Source: Candidatus Omnitrophota bacterium (GTDB lineage: Bacteria > Omnitrophota > Gorgyraeia > Zapsychrales > Fredricksoniimonadaceae). Taken from it: a DNA stretch of 64,000 nt. Position numbers and translations under genes: made by a program. The DNA lies in assembly GCA_028870995.1 (NCBI GenBank), contig JAGWOI010000006.1, positions 19,514-83,513 of the forward strand. Direction: 5' to 3'. The notes beneath the pieces are model-generated. The model saw nothing but the letters and a program-made list of their open reading frames with translations. It ran no database searches and had not been told where the DNA came from. This document shows, in pieces, positions 10,373-20,634 of this stretch (position 1 is its first letter; each line of letters opens with the position of its first letter).

Positions 10373-10401
10373 AGTATACCCTAGGCTTGGGAATAAGGCA
10401 A
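10373..10401 (-). promoter_or_regulatory. Sigma70 promoter, probably leaderless, for the TPR gene
   Basis: Minus strand reads TTGCCT-17bp-TATACT-7nt-ATG(10365). No SD. Confidence 0.55.
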
Positions 10402-11673
10402 TTTTTTGACCGCGACATAGGTCAGGATGAAAACGCCGGCTTCAATAACTGTCGTGGCCATGGCCGCCCCCACATAAGAGAAGGCATAAATAAAGATGAC
10501 GATCAAAGGCAGCCCTATGGCGGCCATGGTCAGGTGGATCCTTGAATAAACATTGGTCTTGCCGCAGACGAGGAGAAATTGGACCCGGAAAGCGTTTGAA
10601 GCGATACAAAAAACGGAAATGAGCAGGAATCTCAAGGACAATACCGCTGTCGAAAAGCTGGTGCCGCAGACGAGCTTTATGATCCATGGCGCCAGGATGA
10701 AGACCCAGGGCAAAAAGATCAGGGAAACGAGGACGGTTATCAATTGCACTTGCTCCATGATTTCAAAGGCCTTGGTCTTGCTTCTATGGAATATTTTGCT
10801 AAGGCGCGGGAAAATGGCCTGGGAAAAGGCGTTCAGGGGAAAGGTCTGGACCGCGTTGGCGATCCGTTCGGCCACCGAATAGAATCCCGTCAGGGTGTTG
10901 TTGGTCAAAAGCCCCACGGCGAAAATGCGGGTGGTGGTGTAGGTGTTGATGGCTACAACGGAAATAAAGACGTACCAGCCCGCCTTAAGCTGGCGTTGCA
11001 AATCTTTCAGACGGGGCACCTGGACATGAAGGCCGAACCTGGCAAAAAGGATATATTGGCCCAAAAGGCCGGTGATGATGGCGGAGGCGGACAGGACAGC
11101 CGGCACCAGCAGATAATCCTTCGGATCATGGACGAATAGGAAAATGCCGAAGGCATAGAGGAACTCGCCGATGATATTGAGTTTGGCGGTATATTTCATG
11201 TGTTCCGACCCCTGGAAGAACCAGGACGGAAAAAGGACGCTGCCGATGACAAAACCGAAACTCAGCACGTAAACCATCCAGTCGTGCTGGAATTTGGGGA
11301 TAAAATAAACGATGGCGCCAAGGACCAGAAGGCATACAAGGGCCAAGATCGCTTTGATGGTCATGACCGCGGAGATGACATTTAGCACCCGGTGTTTTTC
11401 CTCGATGCACAGCGAAATTTCCTTGGTGGCGGAAACGCTGAAACCGTAATCTGTGATGATCATGAAATATTGCACAAAGGCCTGCGCGAAGGAGATGAGG
11501 CCGAATTTATCGGCCCCGATGACCCTGAAAAGGTAGGGCACAATGATGATCGGGAAAAAATAGGTGACCACCTGTAAGCCCGAGAGGGAGGTGACGTTAT
11601 GCAGCACCCGGGCCCCTTCCATGGGGTCCACCATTCGGTATGTTTTTTGAATCAGTCTGATGAGGGAGGGCAT
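10381..11673 (-). CDS. wzx: Oligosaccharide flippase (Wzx/RfbX, MOP superfamily)
   Basis: About 12 TM segments, 'PYLFRVIGADKFG', 'TDYGFSVSAT', 'WFFQGSE', 'GFYSVAERI'. Confidence 0.88.
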   Translation of the reverse strand: MPSLIRLIQKTYRMVDPMEGARVLHNVTSLSGLQVVTYFFPIIIVPYLFRVIGADKFGLISFAQAFVQYFMIITDYGFSVSATKEISLCIEEKHRVLNVISAVMTIKAILALVCLLVLGAIVYFIPKFQHDWMVYVLSFGFVIGSVLFPSWFFQGSEHMKYTAKLNIIGEFLYAFGIFLFVHDPKDYLLVPAVLSASAIITGLLGQYILFARFGLHVQVPRLKDLQRQLKAGWYVFISVVAINTYTTTRIFAVGLLTNNTLTGFYSVAERIANAVQTFPLNAFSQAIFPRLSKIFHRSKTKAFEIMEQVQLITVLVSLIFLPWVFILAPWIIKLVCGTSFSTAVLSLRFLLISVFCIASNAFRVQFLLVCGKTNVYSRIHLTMAAIGLPLIVIFIYAFSYVGAAMATTVIEAGVFILTYVAVKKLPYSQA

Positions 11674-11797
11674 GGGATTAATTTACTCTATGTTGAACAT
11701 CAAATAAACATTTTTTTGAGAGAATTGTTCCTGACGATGATAGAATAAAACATTTGCATTTCTAGGATCATCACGACAACCTAGGGAAGAGGGAGTA

Positions 11798-13015
11798 TTG
11801 ATTCGATTTCCGGAAAATTTTTATTGGGGTGCCGCCACCTCGTCCTATCAGGTGGAAGGCGGCTGTGCCAACGCCGATTGGCGGGCCTGGGAACCAAAGG
11901 CTGGCAAGCAGCAATCAGGGGCCGCCTGCCGCCATTATGAGTTATATGAACAGGACTTCGATTTGGCCCGAGGCCTCAACCATAACGCCCACCGCCTTTC
12001 CATTGAGTGGAGCCGCGTGGAACCGCGCGAGGGAGAATTTTCCCAGAAAGAACTGCAGCATTATATTGATGTGGTCAAGGCCTTGCGTTCCCGGGGCATG
12101 GAGCCTATGGTGACCCTGCACCATTTTGTCAATCCTGTGTGGTTTAGCGAATCGGGCACATGGGGGAAGCCTTCCTGCGTTAAGCGTTTTGTCCGTTATT
12201 GCGAGGCCGTGGTGGAGGCGCTTAGTCCCCATGTTCGTTTCTGGTTTACCATCAACGAGCCCACCGTTTATTTCTCTCATTCCTTTTTTTGGGGCCTGTG
12301 GCCTCCTCAGGAAAAATCATTTGCCAGGATGAGGGCCGTTCACGATAACATGAACCAGGCGCATATTGAGGCCTACCGCCTGATCCATCAAATTTATAAG
12401 AATGCCAATCTACCCAAGCCGTCCGTCGGCATCGCCCAGCACATGCAGGCGGTGGTTGCCTGTGATCGGAGTTTCAGGAACCGTTTGGCCGCTTGGCTGA
12501 GAGACTATTGGTACAATCTGGAGGTGCTCGATTATTTAGCAAGGCACAAAACCCTTGATTTTATTGGGATTAATTATTATCAACGGCACCTGGTGCATGT
12601 GCGCCGCTGGGATATCGGGGACCTGTTTCAGCAGGTCTGCCAGGACAACCATCACCCGCTGCCGAAAAATTCACTGGGCTGGGGCATTTACCCCGAAGGC
12701 CTGGAGCAGGTGCTGTTGAGCGTCAAAAAATACCATTTGCCGGTGCTCATTTCGGAGAACGGCATCTGCACCGACGACGACAACCAGCGCTGGGAATTTA
12801 TTCAAAGCCATCTTCGCCATGTTCACCAGGCCATGGAGCAGGGTGTGAATGTGATCGGCTACCTTTACTGGTCCCTGCTCGACAACTTCGAATGGACCGA
12901 AGGGTTTACGCCCCGGTTTGGATTAATCGACGTGGATTTCGCCAGCCAGGCAAGGAGGGTCAGGGGTTCCGCCGAAAAGTTTGCCGGCATCTGCCGCACG
13001 GGAGTTTTAGCATAG
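11798..13015 (+). CDS. Glycoside hydrolase family 1 (beta-glucosidase-like)
   Basis: 'FYWGAATSSYQVEG', acid/base 'TINEP', nucleophile 'ISENG', 'WSLLDNFEW'. Confidence 0.95.
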   Translation: MIRFPENFYWGAATSSYQVEGGCANADWRAWEPKAGKQQSGAACRHYELYEQDFDLARGLNHNAHRLSIEWSRVEPREGEFSQKELQHYIDVVKALRSRGMEPMVTLHHFVNPVWFSESGTWGKPSCVKRFVRYCEAVVEALSPHVRFWFTINEPTVYFSHSFFWGLWPPQEKSFARMRAVHDNMNQAHIEAYRLIHQIYKNANLPKPSVGIAQHMQAVVACDRSFRNRLAAWLRDYWYNLEVLDYLARHKTLDFIGINYYQRHLVHVRRWDIGDLFQQVCQDNHHPLPKNSLGWGIYPEGLEQVLLSVKKYHLPVLISENGICTDDDNQRWEFIQSHLRHVHQAMEQGVNVIGYLYWSLLDNFEWTEGFTPRFGLIDVDFASQARRVRGSAEKFAGICRTGVLA

Positions 13016-13072
13016 CTCCATCCCCATTAGTTTCATAAATTTTAGCACCGACGAAAAAAGTTCAGTTCTTCG

Positions 13073-13100
13073 TTGACACGTCCTTCAAACCTTATAAAGT
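13073..13100 (+). promoter_or_regulatory. Sigma70 promoter, probably leaderless, for smc
   Basis: TTGACA-16bp-TAAAGT-6nt-ATG(13107). No SD. Confidence 0.6.
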
Positions 13101-13106
13101 AATAGT

Positions 13107-16100
13107 ATGTATTTCAGACGGCTTGAGATTTTTGGATTCAAGTCCTTCGCGCAAAAGACGGTGCTTGAATTCAAACCGGGGATCTCTGCGATCGTCGGTC
13201 CTAACGGCTGCGGCAAGAGCAATGTTTTTGACGCCATCCGTTGGGTCCTGGGTGAGCAAAGCGTCAAGGAACTGCGCGGAGCGTCGATGGAGGATGTCAT
13301 TTTCAACGGCACCGACCAGCGCGCTCCTTTGGGCTTTGCCGAAGTCAGCCTTGCCTTTTCCAATGAATCCCGCATTCTGCCGGTCGACCACGATGAAGTG
13401 GTGGTCACCCGCCGGCTTTTCCGTTCCGGAGAAAGCGAATACCTGCTTAACAAAAACGTCGTTCGTTTAAAAGACGTCGTGGAACTTTTCCTGGGCACCG
13501 GTGTCGGCGCCGAAGCGTATTCCCTGATCCAGCAGGGCAAGGTGGACCTGATGATCTCCGCCAAACCCGATGACCGCCGCCAGATTTTCGATGAAGCCGC
13601 CGGGATCACCAAATATAAGAGCAAGAAGAAAGAAGCTTTAAGCAAGCTTAAAGAAACCGAAGACAACCTGTTGCGGCTCAACGACATTGTTGTTGAGGTT
13701 AAGCGCCAGATCGCCACCATCGAGCGCCAGGCCAAGAAGGCCCAGCGCTATAAGGAAGAATTTGAGATCCTTAAGAATTATGAGTTGATTTTTGCCCGGC
13801 ATCAGATGGGTGCCTTCAACCAGGAAACCGAAGCGCTGGCGGCCGCGGTCAGGGCCCTGCAGGCCAAGGAGCTTGAATTAACCGCCCAACTGGAAGAATT
13901 TAACAACCGGATTGAGAATGAAACGCTCCAATTGGAGGAGATGGACGAGCGCATCAATACCTTTAAGGCCCAGGAAATCCATTTGGAAAATGAAGCGGCC
14001 ATGAATGCCCGCCAGATCGCCTTTAACCAAGAGCGCTGTCTGGGCATGGACGAGGCCAGAGAGCGCCTGCAAAGCGATAAAACTGCGGCCATGGAACGCT
14101 GCGCCGCACACCAGGCCAAGGTCGAGGAGATCAAGGCCGCCATGGCACTTTTGGGCGAAAACCTGGCCGGGTTGCAGAACCTGTTGCAGCAAAAGCGCCA
14201 TGAACTGGGAGTTGCCGCCCATGCCATTGAGGAGGCCAAGGGTTCCATCGCCGGTGTTGAAAAAGAAATTTTGGGGCTGAACGGCCAGCAGGTCCGCTTT
14301 AAGAACCAATTGACGGAGAACATGAAGCGCGTGCTGGAGGCCCTGGCCCGCAAGTCCCGCCTGGAAGAGGAAAATGTCAAGGTCAATCAGGAAAAGACCC
14401 AGATGAATGAGCGCGCCCAGGCCATCAGCAACGATATTATGACCGCTCAGGCCCAGTGGCAGGGATTTTCGGCTGAAAAGACCAGCCGGAGTCAGGCATG
14501 GGATGAGTTGAAAGCAAGCCTTGTCCTACAAGAAAGTCTGATCGATGATTACGAGAAGACCCAGGTCTTCCTGGCTTCCCAGAAAGAATTCATCCAAAAA
14601 ATGCAGGCCCAATACCAGGACAGTCCTGATCCCGTCGTAGAAGGCAAATTCTTGGCCACGGTGCGCCCCAGCGAGAGGCAGACCGGCATCATCGGCAAGA
14701 TCAAGGCCATCAACGTCATTGCGGCCACCGAGCAGTCTCCGGAAACTTATGAAATTATCTATGAAACCAAATATGTGGAGCTTGATTTACAGTATTTGGA
14801 CCAGCGTATCGCCGATATCACCGAAAAATTAGCCCAGGCCGAAATCAGGAAGAACGGGTTGGAAGCGCAGGTCAAGGCCCAGGGTGATGCCGTCGAAGAG
14901 ATCCTTAAGATCATCCAGCAGCAGGAGAAGAAGCTTTCGGTGCTGGAGGCGCAAAAAACTGATATTGAATCCGTTTGCGGAAAATTGGTGGGCGAGCTTG
15001 ACGTGATCGGCGTCGAGTACGCCGAGATGGAAACCTCTTTGATCGCCTTGAAAACCCAGGAAGGCCAATTGAACGCCAGCCTGCAGGGCATCGGCAGCCA
15101 GATTACCCGCTGCCAGGAGGATATCCGGGCCAAGCAGCAGGATATTGCTGCAAAAGACCAGGAACGCCAGCAGTTGAATGTGGCCATTGTCCAGCTGGAT
15201 ACGGAATTGATTGCTTTGGACGATAAGCGCCGCGGGCTCGATGAGAATTTGGCCCTGCATGCCCAAAATCTCGACCGTGATTTGGCGGGCATCAACCGTT
15301 TTGATACCGAAACGCAGGAGATCGACGCTAAAAAGGTCAAGCTGGATGAAGAGAATGTCCTGCTGCAGCAAGCCATCGAAGAATTGCAGCGTAAAAAGGA
15401 ATCATTGAGTGTTGTCCTCAACGAAGAATCGGCCCAAAAGGAAGAGACCTCGCGGCGCCTGAATTCCCTGCGTAATGGCATCCGCGGCCTTGAGGATGAA
15501 GTCATCCAGATCAAGACCGACATGCATAACCAGCAGATGCGCCAGCAGGAAGTGCAGTTCCATCAGCGCTCCCTGAAAGAACGCCTGATGCAGGCGTATA
15601 AGATCGATTGGGATCAGATCCAAGAAACTCCGTCGCTGCTGTCTCCTGATCAGCCTGCGGTGGAAGAGGGAGCTGCTCCCGAAGCGCCGGCGGAAGGGCG
15701 GGAAATTCCGGCCGAGCAACCGCCGCAGCTTAATATCGACGAATTGACCCTGGAAATCGAACGGCTCAAGAAGCGCTGCGAGTCCTATGGTGCCGTGAAC
15801 CTGGTGGCCATCGAAGAGTTCGAGGAATTGAAAGGCCGGCATGAATTTCTGACCAAGCAGCAAAGTGATCTGTTGACCGCACGGGAGCAGTTGATGTCGA
15901 CGATCCAAAAGATCAACCGCACCACCCGCCAAATGTTCACCGAGACCTTTGAAAAGGTCAATGAAGAATTCAAAGGCCACTTCCGCCTGCTGTTCGGCGG
16001 CGGGGAAGCCCAGTTGGTTCTGCTGGATCCCGAAAATCCTCTTGAATCCGGCATAGAGATCGTGGCCAGGCCTCCGGGAAAGAAACCGCAGAGTATCAGT

Positions 16101-16448
16101 CTTTTGTCCGGCGGCGAAAAATCCATGACCGCCATTGCCCTGGTTTTTGCGGTGTTTAAGGTCAGGCCCAGCCCGTTCTGCGTCCTGGACGAAATCGACG
16201 CGGCTCTGGATGAGGCCAACGTGGGTCGCTTTGCCGGTATGTTAAAGGAATTTTGCAAAATTGCGCAATTCATTGTCATTACGCATAATAAAAACACCAT
16301 GAACGCGGCCAACGTCATGTACGGCGTCACCATGCAGGAGCGGGGAGTGTCCCGTATCGTTTCCGTCAAACTGGACGAACATAAGCCCCAACCGCCCCAG
16401 GCTCCGGTGCCGGTTGAGCCTTCCATGGTCAGCCCTGCCTCGGTCTAA
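13107..16448 (+). CDS. smc: Chromosome segregation protein SMC with a non-canonical short hinge
   Basis: Walker A GPNGCGKSN, 'IRWVLGEQS..LR', Q-loop 'IQQG', signature LSGGEK, Walker B/D-loop 'CVLDEIDAALD', 'ITH'. Two long coiled coils. Confidence 0.95.
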   Translation: MYFRRLEIFGFKSFAQKTVLEFKPGISAIVGPNGCGKSNVFDAIRWVLGEQSVKELRGASMEDVIFNGTDQRAPLGFAEVSLAFSNESRILPVDHDEVVVTRRLFRSGESEYLLNKNVVRLKDVVELFLGTGVGAEAYSLIQQGKVDLMISAKPDDRRQIFDEAAGITKYKSKKKEALSKLKETEDNLLRLNDIVVEVKRQIATIERQAKKAQRYKEEFEILKNYELIFARHQMGAFNQETEALAAAVRALQAKELELTAQLEEFNNRIENETLQLEEMDERINTFKAQEIHLENEAAMNARQIAFNQERCLGMDEARERLQSDKTAAMERCAAHQAKVEEIKAAMALLGENLAGLQNLLQQKRHELGVAAHAIEEAKGSIAGVEKEILGLNGQQVRFKNQLTENMKRVLEALARKSRLEEENVKVNQEKTQMNERAQAISNDIMTAQAQWQGFSAEKTSRSQAWDELKASLVLQESLIDDYEKTQVFLASQKEFIQKMQAQYQDSPDPVVEGKFLATVRPSERQTGIIGKIKAINVIAATEQSPETYEIIYETKYVELDLQYLDQRIADITEKLAQAEIRKNGLEAQVKAQGDAVEEILKIIQQQEKKLSVLEAQKTDIESVCGKLVGELDVIGVEYAEMETSLIALKTQEGQLNASLQGIGSQITRCQEDIRAKQQDIAAKDQERQQLNVAIVQLDTELIALDDKRRGLDENLALHAQNLDRDLAGINRFDTETQEIDAKKVKLDEENVLLQQAIEELQRKKESLSVVLNEESAQKEETSRRLNSLRNGIRGLEDEVIQIKTDMHNQQMRQQEVQFHQRSLKERLMQAYKIDWDQIQETPSLLSPDQPAVEEGAAPEAPAEGREIPAEQPPQLNIDELTLEIERLKKRCESYGAVNLVAIEEFEELKGRHEFLTKQQSDLLTAREQLMSTIQKINRTTRQMFTETFEKVNEEFKGHFRLLFGGGEAQLVLLDPENPLESGIEIVARPPGKKPQSISLLSGGEKSMTAIALVFAVFKVRPSPFCVLDEIDAALDEANVGRFAGMLKEFCKIAQFIVITHNKNTMNAANVMYGVTMQERGVSRIVSVKLDEHKPQPPQAPVPVEPSMVSPASV

Positions 16449-16531
16449 ATAAAGAATTGCCCTATTTTACCAAAAACATAAGCCAAGGATTTCCAATGAC
16501 TTACATTTGGTTTCTTAGGGCAAGCGCTTCC

Positions 16532-16560
16532 TTGACAGCCCATAGGCTGCATGTTATACT
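16532..16560 (+). promoter_or_regulatory. Near-consensus sigma70 promoter for cvpA-dnaG-rpoD
   Basis: TTGACA-17bp-TATACT with TG extension. The spacer contains a small palindrome CAGCC-cata-GGCTG. Confidence 0.8.
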
Positions 16561-16605
16561 TCCCGAGTGTACCGCCTCTAAAGGCGGGGAGTTTTCAAAA
16601 ATCAT

Positions 16606-17181
16606 ATGTTAACCCATTTAATTAAAAGCATTAATTGGATTGACGTAGTTCTGCTTTTTTTATTTATCAGGATGATTTTTATCGGAGTTAAAAACGGTTT
16701 TCTCTCCGAGTTTTTTAAGTTTTTAGGCGTTGTGACGGCGGTCTTTGTCAGCTTGCATTTTTACAGTTATGTGGCCGCATGGACGGCCCAAAAAACGCAC
16801 CTGTCCTGGGGTTATTGGGATCTGGTCGTTTTTGCCTGTCTTTGGGGCCTCATTACCCTGGCCTTCAAATTCCTCAGGGACGGTATCCTGCTCTTATTTA
16901 AGGTGGAGACCACGCATGAAGGGTTTGATAAGTACGCGGCAGGTGTTGTGGCTGTGGGCAGAGGCCTTTTGGTTTGCAGTTTGACGCTATTTTTGATTTT
17001 ATTGATCCATAACGGTCCTTTGACGCGCATGGCCGTGCGTTCTTACAGTTTTAAAATAACCGGGCACGCGGCCGTGGGCACCTATAGTTTTTTGTATAAT
17101 GGCTTGGTCGACAAATTGTTTCCCGCCGGGCATTACAATGCCGCCGCCGGGAGGGTGTTGCATCCGGAGAGCCGTTCATAA
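16606..17181 (+). CDS. cvpA: CvpA family membrane protein
   Basis: 'NWIDVVLL......G.KNGFLSE', four TM segments, 'DKYAAGVVAVGRG'. Confidence 0.85.
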   Translation: MLTHLIKSINWIDVVLLFLFIRMIFIGVKNGFLSEFFKFLGVVTAVFVSLHFYSYVAAWTAQKTHLSWGYWDLVVFACLWGLITLAFKFLRDGILLLFKVETTHEGFDKYAAGVVAVGRGLLVCSLTLFLILLIHNGPLTRMAVRSYSFKITGHAAVGTYSFLYNGLVDKLFPAGHYNAAAGRVLHPESRS

Positions 17182-17202
17182 AGGCAGGCGGTAAGCAGGA
17201 TT

Positions 17203-18975
17203 ATGGGACTGATTCCCAATGATGTCATCCAGCAGGTCATCGAACGCAGCGATATCGTTGAAGTCATCGGTAATTACACGGCCTTAAAGAAAGCGGGCCG
17301 TAATTTTAAAGCTCTTTGTCCGTTCCATCATGAAAAGACCCCGTCCTTTGTCGTTAATCCCGACAAGCAGATCTTCCATTGTTTCGGCTGCGGGGTGGGG
17401 GGCAATGCCGTCGGATTTGTCATGCGCCTGGAGCATCTGGAATTTCCGGAGGCGGTGCGTTTTCTGGCCCAAAAGGCCGGGGTTGTCGTTCCCGAAAGCG
17501 AGCCGGCCCTCTCAAGCCCCTCGCGCCAGCTGCGGGAGGAAGTCTTAAAGGTCAACAACCTGGCCGTTGGTTTTTTTCATGAAACGTTGTTAACCAGCCG
17601 CGAAGCGGACGCCAAAGTCGCCCGCGATTATCTCAAAGGCCGCGGCGTTAACTTGGACACCGTCAAAAAATTTCAATTGGGTTTCGCACCCAATGAGTGG
17701 GACGCTCTTTTAAAATATCTGAAATCCAAAGGAATCAGCGAGGAGCTTGCCTCCAAGGCGGGTTTGATCATCGCCCGGGAAGGCAAGGTGGGATATTATG
17801 ACCGGTTCCGTAACCGGGTCATATTTCCCATTGCTGATATTCAGGGCCGTTGGATGGCCTTCGGCGCACGCGCGCTCGAGGCAACCGACGGCGCCAAGTA
17901 CATCAATTCACCCGAGACACCGGTTTATACCAAGGGCCAGCATATGTTCGGCCTCTCATTAACAAAGGCCGGTGTCGGGAAATTGGATAAGATCGTTGTG
18001 GTGGAAGGCTACATGGACATGATCATGCCTTACATCCACGGGGTGGAAAACATAGCGGCCTCCTTGGGCACGGCCTTGACCGCCGACCAGATCAGACTCG
18101 TACGCCGCTATACACCCAATGTTGTGATGCTCTTTGATACGGATGCCGCGGGGCAATCCGCCATCGTGCGCAGCCTCGACCTGTTGATCGACGAGGGAAT
18201 GAACGTGAGGGTGGCCACTTTAACTCAGGGCCAGGACCCGGATTCATTCATACGCCAACAGGGAGTGGAGGCCTTTAAGGCGCGCATCGATGGTGCAGTG
18301 TCGCTTCTGGATTTCAAATTCAACTGGCTTGCGGCCCAACACGACCCACAGACGGTTGAGGGCAAATCCAAAATCAGCCAGGAGTTGCTAGCGACGATTG
18401 CCCGTTTCAAGGATGAGGTGGCCAAGTATGAATTGACCAGGGAATTGGCTAAAAAGCTGAGCATCCCCGAAGGGGTATTGCTCAAACAAGCCGACAAAGG
18501 CTTACGCCCTCCGTCATTCGAAAAGCCCGTTGCCGAAGCTCGGCTATCCGCTTCACTGGAGGAAGGCCAGGAATTATTACTGGCCCTGTTTTTAAAGGAC
18601 CCTGCGTGGGTGACAGCGGCGAAGGAAACCATCGGTCCCGAAGATTTTCCCGAGGGGCTGGCGCGTCGCATTATTGAGGCCGTGTGGTCCTTGAGTCATG
18701 AAACGGTTTCATGGTCGGTCAACGACCTGCTAATGCGCCTGCCCGATGAGCCGGCCCAGGATTTGGTGGCCAGGCTTATCAGTGTTGAAGAAAAGAAACT
18801 GGGGGACGCGGCCCTGGTTTTTCAGGATTGTGTAGGAAAAATCCGCAAGGAAAAGCAAAGAAAGGCAAGGGGCGAGTTGTTGGAAGCCATCCGCCGTGCG
18901 GAAGCCTTGCAGGACACCCGGAAATTAGAAGAGCTAAGAGAGCAGTTCAATCAGTTGCTTAAAACCAGCTGTTAA
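17203..18975 (+). CDS. dnaG: DNA primase
   Basis: CHC2 zinc finger '[11 protein letters not shown]...CFGC', 'KYINSPET', TOPRIM 'EGYMD', 'FDTDAAG', 'DPD'. Confidence 0.98.
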   Translation: MGLIPNDVIQQVIERSDIVEVIGNYTALKKAGRNFKALCPFHHEKTPSFVVNPDKQIFHCFGCGVGGNAVGFVMRLEHLEFPEAVRFLAQKAGVVVPESEPALSSPSRQLREEVLKVNNLAVGFFHETLLTSREADAKVARDYLKGRGVNLDTVKKFQLGFAPNEWDALLKYLKSKGISEELASKAGLIIAREGKVGYYDRFRNRVIFPIADIQGRWMAFGARALEATDGAKYINSPETPVYTKGQHMFGLSLTKAGVGKLDKIVVVEGYMDMIMPYIHGVENIAASLGTALTADQIRLVRRYTPNVVMLFDTDAAGQSAIVRSLDLLIDEGMNVRVATLTQGQDPDSFIRQQGVEAFKARIDGAVSLLDFKFNWLAAQHDPQTVEGKSKISQELLATIARFKDEVAKYELTRELAKKLSIPEGVLLKQADKGLRPPSFEKPVAEARLSASLEEGQELLLALFLKDPAWVTAAKETIGPEDFPEGLARRIIEAVWSLSHETVSWSVNDLLMRLPDEPAQDLVARLISVEEKKLGDAALVFQDCVGKIRKEKQRKARGELLEAIRRAEALQDTRKLEELREQFNQLLKTSC

Positions 18976-18988
18976 TATTGAGGAAAAT

Positions 18989-20587
18989 ATGAAAGAACCG
19001 GTCAAACAAGAACCAAAAGATTTGCAGGGTGATTTGGACAAGTTGGTGACGCTGGGCAAAAAGAAGGGCTTTTTGACCTATGAAGACGTCAATGAGACTT
19101 TGTCTGACGCCATCGATTCTTCCGAAGACATCGACCAGGTCTTCGACGTGCTTGACGGCCAGGACATCAAGGTGGTCGATTCCGGCGAGGAAACGCCGGT
19201 CATTGAGGCCGAAACGGAAGAAAGCCGGGAGCAGCAGGTACGCCGCCTGCGGGAGGAGAACAAGGAAGACGATGTTTATTCCGACAAGTTCATTCCTTTG
19301 GATGACCCGGTGAAGATGTATTTGAAGCAGATGGGCTCCATTCCGCTGTTGACCCGCGAGGAAGAGATCGCCCTGGCCAAGCGCATCGAAGAAGCGGAAC
19401 TGCGCTTTGCCGAGAGCCTGTTTAAGACCTATTATGCCCGCAAAGAGGCGTTGTCCATCATCAACCAGGTCTTGCGCGAAGAGATCAATGCGGAAGACGT
19501 CATTAAAGATGAGCTGGAACGCCGCGGCCGCCTGATGAAGGATTTGGCCAAGATCATGGAACATGTCCGCCATACCAGGGTAGGATCTGACATTTCCGCC
19601 AAATCCATCGCGGAATTCAAGCTGACCTCAACCATCAATGAAGAGATCGTCATTAAGATTTCCGATTTGATCAGCAATATCGAGCGTCTGGAAAGGCACT
19701 TGAAGGGCAAGAAGTCGGGCGCCAATGCCAGCGAGCTTAAAAAGCAATTGGCCAGCCTTGAAAAAGAACTGGGCGAACCGGTATCCAAGGTCAAGGAGCA
19801 GCTGCGCGAGATCAAGACCCGCCAGTCGCGTTTCAACAAGGCCAAGAAGCTTTTGGTTGAAGCCAACCTGAGGCTGGTTGTGTCCATCGCCAAGAAATAT
19901 ATCAACCGCGGGCTGTCTTTCTTGGATTTGATCCAGGAAGGCAATATGGGTTTGATCCGCGCGGTCGAGAAATTTGAATACAAGCGCGGCTACAAGTTCT
20001 CCACCTACGCCACTTGGTGGATCAGACAGGCCATCACACGTTCCATCGCGGACCAGGCCCGCACCATCCGCATTCCGGTGCACATGACCGAGACCATCAA
20101 CAAGATCATCCGCGTCTCGCGCGTGTTCGTTCAGGAATACGGCCGCGAGCCTTCGGCCCAGGAAATCGCCAAGGAAATGCGCCTGCCGGTCAACAAGGTG
20201 AAGGAGATCCTCAAGATCTCCCAGGTGCCCATTTCCCTGCAAACGCCTATCGGCGATGAGGGGGACACGCATTTCGGGGACTTCATCGAGGACAAAAAAG
20301 CCGTTTCCCCGGCCAACGCCACCTTGCATTCCATGCTTAAGGAAGAGATCACCTCGGTGTTGTCGACCCTGGATGACCGTGAACGTAAGATCCTGGAATT
20401 GCGTTTCGGGATCGTGGACGGCACTTCCCGCACCCTGGAGGAAGTGGGAGCGGAATTCAATGTCACCCGCGAACGCGTGCGCCAGATCGAGTCCAAGGCC
20501 TTGCGCAAACTGCGCCATCCCACGCGCTCCCGCCGCATCAAGTCCTTTTTGGATATGGCGGCCAAGGAAGCTGAAGCAGTTATTTAA
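18989..20587 (+). CDS. rpoD: RNA polymerase primary sigma factor RpoD
   Basis: Region 1.1, 'DDPVKMYL', '[13 protein letters not shown]', '[16 protein letters not shown]', '[18 protein letters not shown]'. Confidence 0.98.
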   Translation: MKEPVKQEPKDLQGDLDKLVTLGKKKGFLTYEDVNETLSDAIDSSEDIDQVFDVLDGQDIKVVDSGEETPVIEAETEESREQQVRRLREENKEDDVYSDKFIPLDDPVKMYLKQMGSIPLLTREEEIALAKRIEEAELRFAESLFKTYYARKEALSIINQVLREEINAEDVIKDELERRGRLMKDLAKIMEHVRHTRVGSDISAKSIAEFKLTSTINEEIVIKISDLISNIERLERHLKGKKSGANASELKKQLASLEKELGEPVSKVKEQLREIKTRQSRFNKAKKLLVEANLRLVVSIAKKYINRGLSFLDLIQEGNMGLIRAVEKFEYKRGYKFSTYATWWIRQAITRSIADQARTIRIPVHMTETINKIIRVSRVFVQEYGREPSAQEIAKEMRLPVNKVKEILKISQVPISLQTPIGDEGDTHFGDFIEDKKAVSPANATLHSMLKEEITSVLSTLDDRERKILELRFGIVDGTSRTLEEVGAEFNVTRERVRQIESKALRKLRHPTRSRRIKSFLDMAAKEAEAVI

Positions 20588-20595
20588 AAGGAATG

Positions 20596-20629
20596 AAAAA
20601 GGGGGGCACTTGAGTGTCCCCCTTTTTTT
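20596..20629 (+). terminator. Rho-independent terminator after rpoD, potentially bidirectional
   Basis: AAAAA-GGGGGGCAC-TTGA-GTGTCCCCC-TTTTTTT. Confidence 0.85.
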
Positions 20630-20634
20630 ATCAT

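Noticed and set aside
16457-16523. Long imperfect inverted repeat after smc (TTGCCCTA...TAGGGCAA) as an ncRNA
   Set aside because: Large unpaired interior, no U-tract and no recognisable family. Cannot be supported beyond a possible weak hairpin.
20614-20634. GTG start for aroD at 20614
   Set aside because: Lies inside the rpoD terminator hairpin. ATG 20635 is more plausible.
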